Of a stretch of 64,000 nt of DNA, positions 43,411 to 58,545 are shown piece by piece. The stretch lies in NCBI GenBank assembly GCA_951406725.2, contig OX597839.1, positions 19,158,001-19,222,000 of the forward strand. The letters run 5' to 3'. The notes beneath the pieces were generated by a model. It ran no database searches and was not told the origin of the DNA. It saw only the letters and a program-made list of their open reading frames with translations. Position 1 is the stretch's first letter, and the number at the start of each line of letters is the position of its first letter. The stretch comes from Octopus vulgaris (lineage: Eukaryota). A program made the translations under genes and the position numbers.

Positions 43411-43914
43411 CATACATACATATGTATGTATTGTATTCACAGATATTAAATGTTTTCCACTTGTAAATAAATTCACTTCATACGAAAATAAAATATGATA
43501 CTCATCTCACCTCGCGATATATTTGTTTACATAGCTTATATTAGTTTATATTAAAAATAAAGAATATATATATATATATACATACATATATATACTTATA
43601 TATATACATATATATATATACATATATACAGACCCAGCACGTGAATATTTATGTAGGTAAATATATATTTGTACATATATATATATATGTGTGTGTGTGT
43701 ATCTTCTATATATATATACACACATATATATTTACATACATATGTAAAAGTGTGTCACGTGTGTGTTAGAGTAGAAATCTTATACATTTATGTGTTGTAT
43801 ATGTAAAAATATATTCCTATATAACTTGTGGATGCTAACTCACATTGTCTACCCCACTCTCTACTTATGTAATATTTCTCTCTAGATATACCGATGTATG
43901 TAAATAATGAAGTT

Positions 43915-43985
<71 letters not shown>

Positions 43986-43989
43986 CCGT

Positions 43990-44290
43990 ACACGGAAGAC
44001 GTGAAAGATATGCAGGTAATAACATACTGAAGATACTGGATGAACTGACTCAACTTTGGAACTGAAAGCTATACCAAACATTGAATTGGACGGCACTGTA
44101 TCGTAGCAAAGATCCCATCTTCTCCATCTCGAAGAACGACCCAGTACTGTGATATCGTGGGCTTCATGTATACACAACTGTTCAACATTGTGCCAAAGAA
44201 TTTCGGAAACTTGCGAGGTGAAGATGCGGAAGTATTCAATGAAGAACTGGACAATCTTTTATCTGAAATATCAGATGTTTCAAGAGTGCT
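43990..44290 (+). mobile_element. Older fragment of the same LINE family
   Basis: RRRERYA...ILKILDEL...QLFNIVPKNFGNLRGEDAEVFNEELD aligns by eye with 21478-21827. Confidence 0.7.
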
Positions 44291-44960
44291 AGTGCGGATA
44301 TCTATATTTCGTAGTTTATGAAATTTATTCTTAGGTGTAAAATGTAATCTTTCTGTTGCGATTACAAATTTGTGCTTGGGCCTCCAACCCCAGACTTCTA
44401 CAATTTTTTCTACCTGGATACCCTACAATATTCCCAAAAGCCCTCCTCAGGAACTAGCGTGAAAGCCATCCTTCAGACGGCTTCAAGGCTAGAAACTTAG
44501 CTGTAAGTCTTATAGGAAGCTGTAAGTCAAACTAGAAACTGGCTGTATGTCTATTGGCAGGAAGCGGGTCAAGGGATGATGCACCGACACACTGGTACAG
44601 AAATGGAATTCCCGTTACGTGTTGAATGAACAATTTGTTAGTGGGACATGGGGTTTAGGTATAGGTACGAGTGATGTATAGGTATTCAGCGTATGGGTAT
44701 TGGTGCGTGGATATACGTCGGGTGGGGAGTTTGGAATGGGCTATCGGATAATTAATACCAGGAGATACATATGCAATTAATGAACGCGAGTCTATTATAT
44801 TACGCAAGGGCAGAGGGCAGCGAAGCGACCCGATAGTGGTGCTGAAGTACTCAAGGGTACCCTCCGCAGGAGCAAACTTCACTCGCACCTACAGCTAACA
44901 GGAATACAAAATGGCAGATCGTTAGTAAGGAGAGTCACAAAACACGAAGAAAGCAAAGGA

Positions 44961-45000
44961 CCACTGATGAGGTCACAGAAATGTGACGAAAGAACTCTGG
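44961..45000 (+). ncRNA. Minimal type I hammerhead ribozyme, intact core
   Basis: cca-CTGATGA-g-gtcaca(gaaa)tgtgac-GAAA-gaac-TC-tgg. 6-bp stem II with GNRA loop, CUC triplet, short stems I and III. Confidence 0.78.
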
Positions 45001-45143
45001 CCGAAATACAATCAATATGAAACAAAGCTGAAGCAAGTGAACACAAAATATGTAGCGCTTGTGTTTTCATTGGTTAATGTGGCAACATGCCCATCCCCAA
45101 ATACAACAATGTATATATATGTCTGTGTGTGTGTACATATATG

Positions 45144-45194
<51 letters not shown>

Positions 45195-45704
45195 GTTTAT
45201 ATGGATATGTATATATGTATGTATATATACACACACATATAGTTCATAGGTTAGATCCAAATGTTCTCCGTATAGAATAGACTTTATAGAGCTCAAGAGA
45301 TTTAAAGTTGAGTTGGTATAGAAATAAATGCAGCGATAAGCAAGTCAGATAGATGAATATAAATGCATGAAATACAAAACAATGTAAATACATATACATT
45401 TTAAAATGTCTGACTTAAACAGAATACAAATGACACAGAAAATTAAAGGGGTACGCAGCAGTATTACAAACCCAAAAGCTGTTTCTCTGGAAACGGTAGT
45501 CCATAATAATGTTTCTAGATTGAGTCTGTCATAGGATGGAACTTGCCTTTAATACCTCAAATGTGAGAACCTCTTATCCTCCGAAGGAATCCATCAACAA
45601 ACATTATCATGGACCACCGACCTCCGGAAACAGCTGTTGGATTTGTTACACTTATTCTCAACCCCTTTAAATCGCTGGGTGCTCATTCCTAACGTATTTT
45701 TCGA

Positions 45705-45743
<39 letters not shown>

Positions 45744-46025
45744 CCAGGTCACTGCCTCGAATCGAACTCGGAATCTTGAGGTTAGTAGCCAGAGCTCTTA
45801 ACCACTACGCCATATAAATTTTATGTTAAAGGAAAAGAATATTACTTGGCTTATTTTATATATATTATATCTGTATTATATGGTTATTAGCATCTTCTAA
45901 GTAATATATACGACGGAGTGCTGCAAAGATCCTTGCTCAAACCAGGTCTTCGTGATACCCTTAAAACCAGGAATTTTCAGTACCCCGTTTCTCTCTCTCC
46001 CTCTCTCTCTCACACACACAAACAT

Positions 46026-46082
<57 letters not shown>

Positions 46083-46759
46083 GGCATGCTGAAAGGTTCC
46101 TGGCTTTGGATAAAAGAAAATAAAGGTGGATCACTTTATTCAACATATTCTCTTCTCAGATCCACACTTATTGCATCGGTCCTTCAGTTTTTCTAAGTCC
46201 TGTAAAAGAACTCGGAAGTTTGGGCCTCCAGACAGCCCTTTCGCGATCCCCTTAAAGCCAGAAACTTTTCAGCATTGTCTATATACAGAGAGAGAGAGGG
46301 AGAGAGAGAGGGAGAGAGAAAGAGAGATACAAAGGAAGAAAGAGAGGGGCAGTGTGAGAGAGAAATACAGGTATATTAAACATATATTCTAGATTTCTTA
46401 AAATAATCTGCGCCTCTAGAGGTCATAATAATTACCAAATGACAATTAAAACAAGCAACCATTGATATCTCTGTTTCTTTCCCCCCCTCTCTCTCTCACT
46501 CAATACCTATCTATCTGTATTTACATGTGTGTATGTGCATGTATATATGTGTGTGTTTATATCTATCCGTGTACAGACAGACATTTGTGGAAATAGTAAA
46601 GCAAATGTACAAATAAATAAGTAGCACACGCATAAATATAGATGGGGACAGACTGACAGACAGGTAATTAAGTAAATGGAGAGAGAGAGGGGGGAGAAGG
46701 AGGGAGAGGAGGGAAAGAGTGAGCGAGAGAGAGAAAGACTTGGACGTAGACACATGTAG

Positions 46760-46780
46760 GACAGACAGACAGACAGACAG

Positions 46781-46877
<97 letters not shown>

Positions 46878-46878
46878 T

Positions 46879-46927
<49 letters not shown>

Positions 46928-47257
46928 CAAATGGATGGATGGATGGATAGATAGATAGACAAATGGATAGATAGATAGATGGATGGATGGATGGATGGAT
47001 GGATGGATAGATAGATAGATAGACAAATGGATAGATAGATAGATAGATAGGCAGATAGATAGATAGACAAATGGATAGATGGATAGATAGATGGATGGAT
47101 GGATGGATGGATGGATGGATGGATGGATAGATAGACAAATGGATAGATAGATAGATGGATGGATGGATGGATGGATGGATAGACAAATGGATAGATAGAT
47201 AGATAGATAGATGGATGGATGGATGGATAGACGGATAGATGGACGGACGGACGGACG

Positions 47258-47348
<91 letters not shown>
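46760..47348. repeat. Compound (GACA)/(GA)/(GATA)/(GGAT) tetranucleotide array
   Basis: Visible directly. Confidence 0.95.
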
Positions 47349-47349
<1 letters not shown>

Positions 47350-47553
47350 TATGCACTAAATGTGAATATTTCCAGGCAAAACTATGTTTGAAACAAATAA
47401 TACTTATGAGCGCATGTATGTGTGCATACATACATGTATATATACACAGATATATAGATATATGTAAGTAGATATCTATCTATATCTGTACATGTATCAG
47501 ATATGTATGTATCTATGTCTGCACATATTTGTGTCTATACGTAATATGAAGTA

Positions 47554-47609
<56 letters not shown>

Positions 47610-47895
47610 GGAGAGATAGATACAATTATACTTGTATACAAAAAATAATCACATCTATACATATAAGAATACTTAGTCTCTCATTCACACCTATCTACAG
47701 TTTTACATTGGGGAAGGAAAAGGACAGAGAGAAAAATACAACTTCTGAATATGCGTTGCACTCTATATGAGATATATAGACATATATGTGCGTATATATA
47801 TATATATATACATACATGTATACTGATATATACATGTTTATATATACATATATATATATATAGGTATATATATATGCATATATCTGTGTAAATGT

Positions 47896-47943
<48 letters not shown>

Positions 47944-47980
47944 ATGTATGTATATATATATGTATATATATGTGTATATA

Positions 47981-48102
<122 letters not shown>

Positions 48103-48154
48103 TATATGTTTATATATATATATATATATACACATATATACTGATATATACATG

Positions 48155-48194
<40 letters not shown>

Positions 48195-48766
48195 CCTATA
48201 TACATTCGCATAGAAACGCACGCTTACATAACTACATGCATATCCAATGTATATACACATATTGCTCAGTATGTTTCTTCCTGTGTGAAATTTCAACCGT
48301 TTATTTTTCCGCAGTAGCGACTCCTGCCGTCTTGCAAAGCCTGGTTATTGGCCCTGAAGGTATAATTAGGCAAAGTGACAGAACTGGTAGTCAAATGTGT
48401 GGTAGCGACCAGGGATCCTTTTCCACTTACTTTCACACATACATTGCCAACACATGCGGAAGAATCTTGTATTAATTTTTGTGTCTGAATTCCAAACGTA
48501 ACGGGCCAACCGCCTGGTTCTATAATGCATATATACGTACAAAGAAACCTACGTAGATACATACATATTTATACATGTATATATATGTGTGTATGTATAT
48601 AAGTATATATATGTATATATATATATGCATATGTAATATATATATGTTATATTTGTATATTAGTGTTTATGCATGGATGCACTTTCAAATATGTCATCAT
48701 AGTATTAAAATGCCCATCATGTCTGCCTGTTTACGCTTAGTGTATGGAAACAGTGTTTAGTGCATG

Positions 48767-48799
<33 letters not shown>

Positions 48800-48810
48800 A
48801 TGTGTGTGTG

Positions 48811-48883
<73 letters not shown>

Positions 48884-49053
48884 GTTGTTTCTCACTTATA
48901 TATCTATACATATATATTTATATATATATTTGTATGTATATATATGTAAGCATTTATGTATCTATACATATATACACATAAATGTACATATATATATATA
49001 TGAATATATATATACATACATGTATATACGTAGATATATATGTCTATACATGA

Positions 49054-49086
<33 letters not shown>

Positions 49087-49171
49087 CTTGTGCATCAACA
49101 TAAGGAGAGAGGAAATAAGAGTCTTAATCTAAGTGCCGCCATACTTACATAACACTGACGCACGTGCGCAT

Positions 49172-49206
<35 letters not shown>

Positions 49207-49679
49207 ATAAATGTGTGCGATGCGCACACGTGTGTGTGTACTAGATGAGTTTCAGCGCCTTCGTATATATATATACTTTACATGTGTACATGTGTCTTAT
49301 CGTACACACGTATCTCGGTGTGTGGGAAGTGAGAAACAGCATAGCAGGTGTGATCGCCATTTTAATATGATGGTCGCTTTTTGGAGGCCCTAGCTGCATC
49401 TGCTGTTGTTTGTTATTTGATGGTTGATTGTTAAGGTGATGACTAGTCTCGTAGTCACATGCTTCTGCTGCAACTGTTGCTGCTGTTATTTATGTTTTTG
49501 CAGCTGTTTGTTTTGTTTTGTGGTCGTTGTTTTTGTTGTTTAAGAAGCCATCAAATCAAAAAATATGTCTTTCCGTGTGCGTTAAACCATAAGAATTAAT
49601 TAAGAAAAACCAGTTTGTACTATTTCGAATATAGGTTTAACATTTTGAAACAAGGCCAACAATTTCGGAGGAGGGCGGG

Positions 49680-50242
49680 TTATGTCAACGACATCGACCC
49701 CAGTTCGCAACTGGTACTTATTTTATCGACCTCGAAAAGAATAAAAAGCAAAGTCAACTTCGGCGGGATTTGAACTCAGAAGGAAAAGTATGTTGCCTGG
49801 CGTTCTAAAACTGCCAGTTCACCGTTTTAAATATTTCAAATATTAGTTTCAAATTTTGTCTCAAGGCCAGTAATTTCGGGGAAGGGGACATGTCGATTAC
49901 ATCGACCTTTCTGCTTGGCTTGTACTTATTTAATCGACCCCAAAACAGATGAAAGGCAAAGTCGACCTCAGCGGAATTCGAACTCAGAACGTAAAGACAG
50001 ACGAAATACCTATTTCTTTACTACCCACAAGGGGCTAAACATAGAGTGGACAAACAAGGGCAGACAAAGAGATTAAGCCGATTACATCGACCCCAGTGCG
50101 TAATTGGTACTTAATTTATCGACCCCGAAAGGATGAATGGCAAAGTCGACCTCGGCGAAATTTGAACTCAGAACGTAGCGGCAGACGAAATACGGCAACG
50201 CACTTCGCCCGCCGTGCTAACGTTTCTGCCAGTTCGCCGCCT
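49680..50242 (-). mobile_element. Cluster of nested/tandem SINE family B copies
   Basis: Three successive atcgacc...caaagtc(g/a)ac..t..aactcagaa units; the youngest is ~50010-50242. Confidence 0.8.
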
Positions 50243-51182
50243 TGAAATACTCGCACGCACAAACATACACACACAAATACATACACATAAACACGGACGC
50301 GCACACAAACGTACACAAACACACACATACACACAAACATACACACTTAAAACACACACACACAAACAGACAAACACATACACACAAACACACACACACA
50401 AACATACACAAACAGACAAACACACAAACACTCGAACACACACACTCACAGACAAACACACATACACAAACAGAAACGTAAAATAGGCAGAAAGGTCCCT
50501 TCCATGGCATAGGCTAATAGAACCGGCTCATTGGTTTCTGTGAATTATGTATTACTACATTTGACGGGCCGCCGGCTCGTCTCCGGATCACTCAATTTTT
50601 CACAGCTCTATTCACTGCAACATCGTGAAATGAAGTCTCTAGCTCAAGAACATAGCATCACCCGGTCCAGGAACCGAAGCCACAAAGGCAGTCCTCTAGA
50701 CACAAAGCCACGCGCGTCCATATAATGGGACTTCCCGAGCCGTTGTGGAGCAGCGTACTTTAATGATTAGGGTATTGGACTCGTGGTCGTAAAAATGCGG
50801 TTTCGATTCCAGGACCGGGCGGTAAATTGCGTTCTTGAGCAGAACACTCGATTCCATGTTCCTTCAGTCCTCTCAGCAAATGGTTAAGATGTTGCATTAA
50901 TGATTTTGGAGCTAGCGGTCATTCATGGCTGGAGCAATATGTATCAATTAGAAGTTGATCATTAGTATTGAATGATCATAGTTTAATTATGGTTTAATCA
51001 TAGTTTAACATTAATATTGAATGACTGGTATTGTTACATGTTGCTCCATTTCTTCTCTTGCCTTACCTGAATATACTTGAATCATGGGTTACCCTTAAAT
51101 TACCAACTACTTTTAATATCACAGCAAGGACTATATATATTTTGGTAATGCACCAGTAGTGCTTACGGATAACCTCTCACTC

Positions 51183-51226
<44 letters not shown>

Positions 51227-51472
51227 TAAAGAAGAAAAATGTACACGATTTACTGAGTTTTAATATAATTTTTAATATTGCTTGTATTATGTCTGTCGAC
51301 CGGTTTCCCATTCGCTATTCATGACATTAAAATATATTTAAATACATATTTTCTTAAGGACAATTTTTTGGCAAAGTTCTGTGTGAAGTTTATGAATGAA
51401 TGATTCAACAAGTAGAAGAATTTAAGGAGAGGCTATCATTATTATTGTGGGTAGGGAAGAAAATTATTCAGC

Positions 51473-51506
<34 letters not shown>

Positions 51507-52039
51507 TGCGTGTGTTTGTGTGCGTGTGTGATATATATATATATACACACACACAAAAATTCAAAAACTAGAGTAGTGGAGAGAAATATGTAGTGATGGG
51601 TATGCAATCGTGAATTAAAATATGTAATGAGAAGTTGGTTATGCGTGCATATTTACACCTATTCTGTATTTTTCGATGAAAGCATTTTCTTTATTTAAAC
51701 GTTCTTGTGAAGAAATTGTATCTTTGCACCGGTTAAGAGACATATATATATATATATATATATGTATTTATATATAAAGGAATTCTTTATACATTAAAAC
51801 ATGCATATCAGTTGAAAAAAGTGTTGGCACTTTGATGTTTTAATAATTGCTTATGTTATATCATATTCATAGTATATTATAATTTAAATAAATTATTGGA
51901 TCGTCAATTGTATCTCTCTATTTAATTTTATCTTTGTACTTTCCATTATACCTATATTTATTTGGTATTCGACTGACGTACCATTGAGCTGGTTGTTTCA
52001 CACACCCCTCTGAAGGAATTTCTTTCCTTAGTTTCTTAA

Positions 52040-52082
<43 letters not shown>

Positions 52083-52604
52083 TGTAGGCAGCCAAATAGT
52101 ATTGTGGGATATGTTCACAGTTTCAAGAGAAGTAAAATTTATAGCATTTGTAAATGTGAAGTTAATGACTACAATATACAAGCGTCTACTGAAAGGCTTA
52201 TATATATATATATACATATATATAGCACAAATATACAGAATTTCATGTACACAGGATGTGCCTATCACAGTTACACACACGTATTCGCGGTTATATATAT
52301 ATATATATATATATATATGTAGATAATGTAGCTCCATAAGCATTGGTGAGCGCGTATGTGTTGTTTAAAGAATGTGTGTCCCCCGTTGCGTAGAACCCCA
52401 TGTATTTTAGAGTGCGTATTTGAGACAGTCTGGTGACATACAGTTAACTGTGACATATAGTGAAACACCCTCCTCCATTTTTTTCTCCTCTTTCTCCACA
52501 GAACTCTCTTGATACGGTGTCAACAGGGGAGGTCCCTGCTACGTTAGAAGGGTGTAGACACAAACCCCTAATCGCCGCCGCAAATCATGTACATACATAC
52601 ATAC

Positions 52605-52657
<53 letters not shown>

Positions 52658-52690
52658 CGTCTAGATATATATATATATATATATATATAT

Positions 52691-52826
<136 letters not shown>

Positions 52827-53873
52827 CCTCTAGATATATGCCTATATATATATATATATATAATAGATAAGAGAGAGAAGAGAGAGATGCATACATGCTT
52901 TTATCCGTATGTGTGTGTGTGTATATACACATATGTGTATGTATGTTTGTAAAAGTGTTGACGTATCTCTGTGTTAGAAATCTTAATTTGAGTTTCTTCC
53001 TGTAATTGATGCTCTCTCGTGTGTGTGTGTGTGTGTGTGTTGTGTGTGTGTGTGTATGTGTGTGTGTGCTTGTATGGGCGAACACACATACACATAACAC
53101 GGCGAGACGTTTCGTTCGTACGTACGTACGTGTGTGTGTGTAGGCGCGCCATTGCATGCCCGCACGTTCGCTTGTTTGTACGTCTTCACGTATGTTCTCA
53201 TTATCGCTGGTACATAAATATTTACCATGGGCAGAATTGGCACTCTCTAACGAACTTACTGAATGATAAGTTTGTTATGCTGTTCATTCGAAGCAAAATA
53301 ACGATAGACACTCACACACACAGACACACACACACAACGAAACACGTTTATCTCTCGCATTCTCTGTCTGTAAATGTGTGTATAGATACGCATGTATATT
53401 TGTGTGTGTAAGTATTTATACATATATATATGTATATTATAAATGTTTCTGTATGTATGTATGTATGTATGTATGTATGTTTTCTTTGTTTATGCGTAAC
53501 TTTTTGAGTGTTTCATTTTATAGGTTTCTAAGGAATGGCATTTCAAAGATCCCCAAAACACTGTAGAAAATTTAGTGATTTACTACGTGAAGTTAACAGA
53601 CAAGAAACAGCTTGTTACTTTATTTTTCCGACCTGCTTTCTGTTGAGCTGAAACCGGTGAACCTACCTAACCTTATCTATCTATCTTTTTTCTTTTTTTT
53701 TTTTTTTTAAATCCTCCCCTTTTTTTGTCCTCTTTCTTTCCTTTTACGATCCCTTTTGATCGAAAAACCAACCCCCTTTTTTTTTAACGCCAAAAGAAAA
53801 GCTCTACCTTGTAATTTGTTCTGTCTGTGTGCAGCCCTGTGTGGCTAATAAAGAAACATATCTATATTTAAAT

Positions 53874-54040
53874 AGGCGCAGGCGTGGGTGTGTGTTAAGA
53901 AGCTTGCTTCCTGACCACATGGTTCTGGGTTCAGTTCCACTGCATGGCAGGTGGGGCAAGTGTCTTCTACTAAAGCGTCGGATCGATTAAAGCTTTGTGG
54001 GTGGATTTGGTAGACGGAAACTGAAAAAAACCCTGTTGTG
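53874..54040 (+). mobile_element. SINE family A 5' half
   Basis: ggcgcaggcgtgg...ggatttggtagacggaaactgaaa. Confidence 0.75.
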
Positions 54041-54286
54041 TATGAAACGATCGTAGTGTTTTACTCATTATCCTTTATTAACTTTTAACATTTTTGATAT
54101 ATATTTAAAATAATATATATTAATTAATTTTATGTTTTTCATTGTTTGATTTGCCTTATAGTGGTTTTATCTCTAAGTTAATATAATATATATATACAAA
54201 TTTATATAAAGAAATATATATAAATATAGAAAATATAAATAGATATATATATACAAATATATATAAATAAATGTATATAAATATAC

Positions 54287-54330
<44 letters not shown>

Positions 54331-57250
54331 TTATATAAATACATAAATGTATATAAATATATGGTATTTTTTATATAAGCTTGAAGCTTATGGTGATCCC
54401 CGTGCAATGACTAAGAAAAATAGTCTAACAACGGGTCATATTACAGTTCTATATTTAAGAGATCAGGAATTATTTACATTATTTACATTCGACATATTTG
54501 TTGTCATCTTGTTTGTTGCCTTTTTATCCTTCCAGTGTCGATAAAATATGAACCAGTTGGACACTAGGATCGATGTGATCGACTTACCCCTCCCTCGGAA
54601 TTTCTGGTCTTGTACCTAAATTTGAAACCAGCATTACAACCAGACATAACATTAAGGAATTTTCTCATGTTAAAATACAATAGAAAAAATAAAAGTATGA
54701 AGGAAATAGAAAAAAAACCAACGGCTTAGATGCAGCAACGTATGTAATTGATTTAGAGACCCAAGGGGCGAAAATAATTATTTCTAATCTTCGCCCATGG
54801 TCCGCAATTTTGTTGGGACAGCAAGTCGATTACATCGGTCGCTGTACTTTACTGGTACTTTATAATATCGACCACAAATGAATGAAATACAGGGTTGATC
54901 TCGCTGTTATTTGAACTCAGAAGAAAAAGGACCGAGAAAAAAGACATCACTAAGTATTCTACCTTATAGAAGCGAAGACAATATCAACAACCATAGGAAT
55001 GGCAAGAGGCCAGACGAAAGCGATTATGTCGCCTTTGAAACTAATAAAAATAACAGCTAAATCTTCCTTAAATGTTAGCCTTTTATTTCTATTTATACAC
55101 CTTTTCCTGTCAAAAACTCTTTTTTTAGTGCCTTAAACCTCCATGCTCCTTTCCAGACTTTTAATTAGCCTTTGTTTAATTCACTTCAAATTATATAAAG
55201 CCTTGTTTTCCTAAGTCCTAATATAACTCTGCTGGTTGAAAAAAATTGGGAATGTGTATCATATACGATGCATGAACGCCAAGGAAATATGTTCTGTGCA
55301 CCGAATCTGAGACACAAAAGGGGAAAATGTTTTAGCCATTTCTTAAGAAACAGCCAATCTTATTTAACAGCTATCATGTCCAAAATATTTTCGTAAGTTT
55401 GTCCTAGACGTTCATGCTTGCCCTCAGACTTTTAGTAAACCCTTGTTTCATACGATCTGAGTAATATAAAGCTTCTCTTTCATAAGTCCCAAGTTAATTC
55501 TGGTATTTAAAATAAAATTGGGATTGTATATCACATATGATGCTTGGATGCAAGGGAAACATGTGCTGTGTAGCATAAGTAATACACAGGACAGGAAAAC
55601 GGTTAAGTATATGAATATATTTCTGTCACTGAGATACTCTGAATTAGTACAGACATACTCTAACTAGACTGTAAATTTAAAATAAATTTGTGTGAAATTT
55701 GATTGGTAACTACCGCTGCTGCCATCTGCAGTTGTTTTTGGCTTAAGAGATTGAGAGAAATAGGGTTTGCTAAGAAATATAAGTGGGAAGGGGAGGAGAA
55801 ATTTCCCTCAAGCGGAAAGAATCGTTGAGAGAGATTTTATTTATATTGTTTTTATCTACTTATTTTATTATGCGAGCAGATATTTCTATATAATTCATTT
55901 TTATTTTTTGTGTTTTGGTTGTCTTAATAAATGCAAGTAGATGCAGGTAAATCTATTTAACTCTGATTTGGAGCTTGTCAATACCCTACAACTTGGGATA
56001 AAACTATGTCATTTTGCTGTTTTCTTCTTTTAATTCTATCTGTTATAAGCTTTGTGTGTGTGTGTGTGTGCGTTTGTCCCAATCACTGCTTGACAACCGG
56101 TGTTAGTTTGTTTCCATCTCCTTAACTTAGTGGTTCAGCAAAAATGACTGAAAGAATCAGACTCCTTTACACAATCAGGAATGCCTGGGCGCCAGTAAAA
56201 TATGTCCTGTGTATCACAGTGAGAAACGGGACAAGCAAACCGTTAAAGTGTAGTTTACCACGTTCAAATCAAATGTAGGACACATTGAATAATGTAGCCT
56301 TAGATACATGGCGTGAATAAAAATACGGATAATCAATGCTGGAATGCCTTTGATAGAAGTTCATCTCGATCACTGTGGAACTGGGACCAAATAATAAAAA
56401 TATAAACAAGGACAACAACAGCAACAAGAACAACGAATAAAAGCACAAGTCTGAAAACGCTAAGATTATGACAGCCGGAAATCAACGACTCTACTAATAT
56501 TAACGATAAGATTAAAGCAGGAAGTGCATTCATATGGTCTTTAATGGTTTGCATGTTGGTGTTTAGCAACCAGAGAAAATTGCTACGCAGTTTGACTGAT
56601 GTCGTCTGCCGTTTGATGTCGTCTGTTCACGTATTGCGCGATTTATCGAAACATCGTTATTTTTAGATTGTTCATAGTGTCCTGTATTTCGGAAGTTTTG
56701 ATTGGATGAAGTTGCTTTATTCTTGTATGCGATACAACAAAAGCACGGTTATACATAGAAAAATTAAGAAATATATAGAAGAAAAACATAAATAAATACA
56801 ATTACACACATACATAGCAAGGAATCAGGTTCTTATAGTGAATGAAATACATATTCACACATAAACAGCAATGAATATATTAGCACGCATGCAAACACAC
56901 ATATACATACATAGGTGTATAACCATACACGCAACACAGACACATACACACAAACAAACAAACACACTGGCACACATATAAATCGATATACTGACATAAA
57001 AATGCGAATATATAGATTTATTTACAAATACATGTGCGCGTTCATGTATCTACATTTAGATTTTTGGTTAGGGGTGCTGATCTCATGAAAGTAAAATTGT
57101 GGTTTCGATTCCTAAATCCCTCGGTGATACATTGTAGGCTTGAGCAAAACACTTCCCTTCACGTTGCTCCAGTCCATTCAGATGGCAAAAATGAGTAATC
57201 CTGCGACGGATTACTCTGGGGAGTGACTTGGTAAGGACCATTGATTCATT

Positions 57251-57297
<47 letters not shown>

Positions 57298-58508
57298 TAC
57301 AGATACACACACATTCACATGTATATTTAGATATACACAATATTGTTATTATAATACAATATAATTTATATACATGCATACATATATACACAAACATATA
57401 TACGTATGCATATATATATATATATATATATACATATATACATACATATGTATACATACATATACATACATAAATATGTATACATATAACATATATATAT
57501 ATATATACATACAAATATACATATACATACATATATACATAAATATGTATACATATAGTAACATATGTATATATATATATATACATACAAACATACATAC
57601 TCATACATATGTATAGATATAGTAACATATATATACGTACATATATACATACACATACATACATACATTTATATGTACAGAGACATATGTATATACATGC
57701 CTACGCACACACATTTAAGCAAAAGTATTATATATATATATATGTGTGTGTGTGTGAGTGTATGTATGTATATTCACGCGTATACACTTATATATCTCCA
57801 TACATGTATACCTACATATACACGCATGCATACAAACGTTCGTAAACATACAGACATTATACTTCTACGTTAAATATTTTATCCAGTACGCTTATCGAAC
57901 GATTCAATTCATTGATCGACCGATCGATAAACCAAATCCTATGGCTGAGCTGTATTGCATTGCATTTTTTTGTAGGACATTTGTACATTCTTTTATCAAC
58001 GACTCTGTGACGTCATCAAGCCGTCGACCAATCACACGCATGTATACTTATTCATCGCTTATTCATCGATAATGAAATATCTCAGGCTTATGGTATTTAA
58101 AGGAAACGGGGACGTTGGGGGTAGACTGGATTTGTGCTCGGACTTATAGTGTGTATTATATTATATCGAAATAGTGTTTGCGGCATTAAATGGAGTTCTA
58201 ATTGAATAGTTTATTTTAATAGTTTGCAAACGTCTTTTTTTTATTGAAAATAAATGGCTGACGAAACTAATGAAAATGTTTATGTATCGCAGTCTAGGCA
58301 GCTATCACACTCTGTTGGACAGGCACGTCGATAAGCACTTATTTTAAACACTTCCATTTATGCATACAAAAATATACACACACATATACATGTACCTATG
58401 CACACAGGCGTACATGAATATGTATGCAGTATGTGTGTGTTTGGGTGTGCGCGCTTCGGTCTAAACAAATACAGACCACCGGTATGTGTGTGTGTGTGTG
58501 TGTGTGTG

Positions 58509-58542
<34 letters not shown>

Positions 58543-58545
<3 letters not shown>

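Noticed and set aside
58252-58290. CTGACGA...GAAA match
   Set aside because: No stem II or stem I complementarity.
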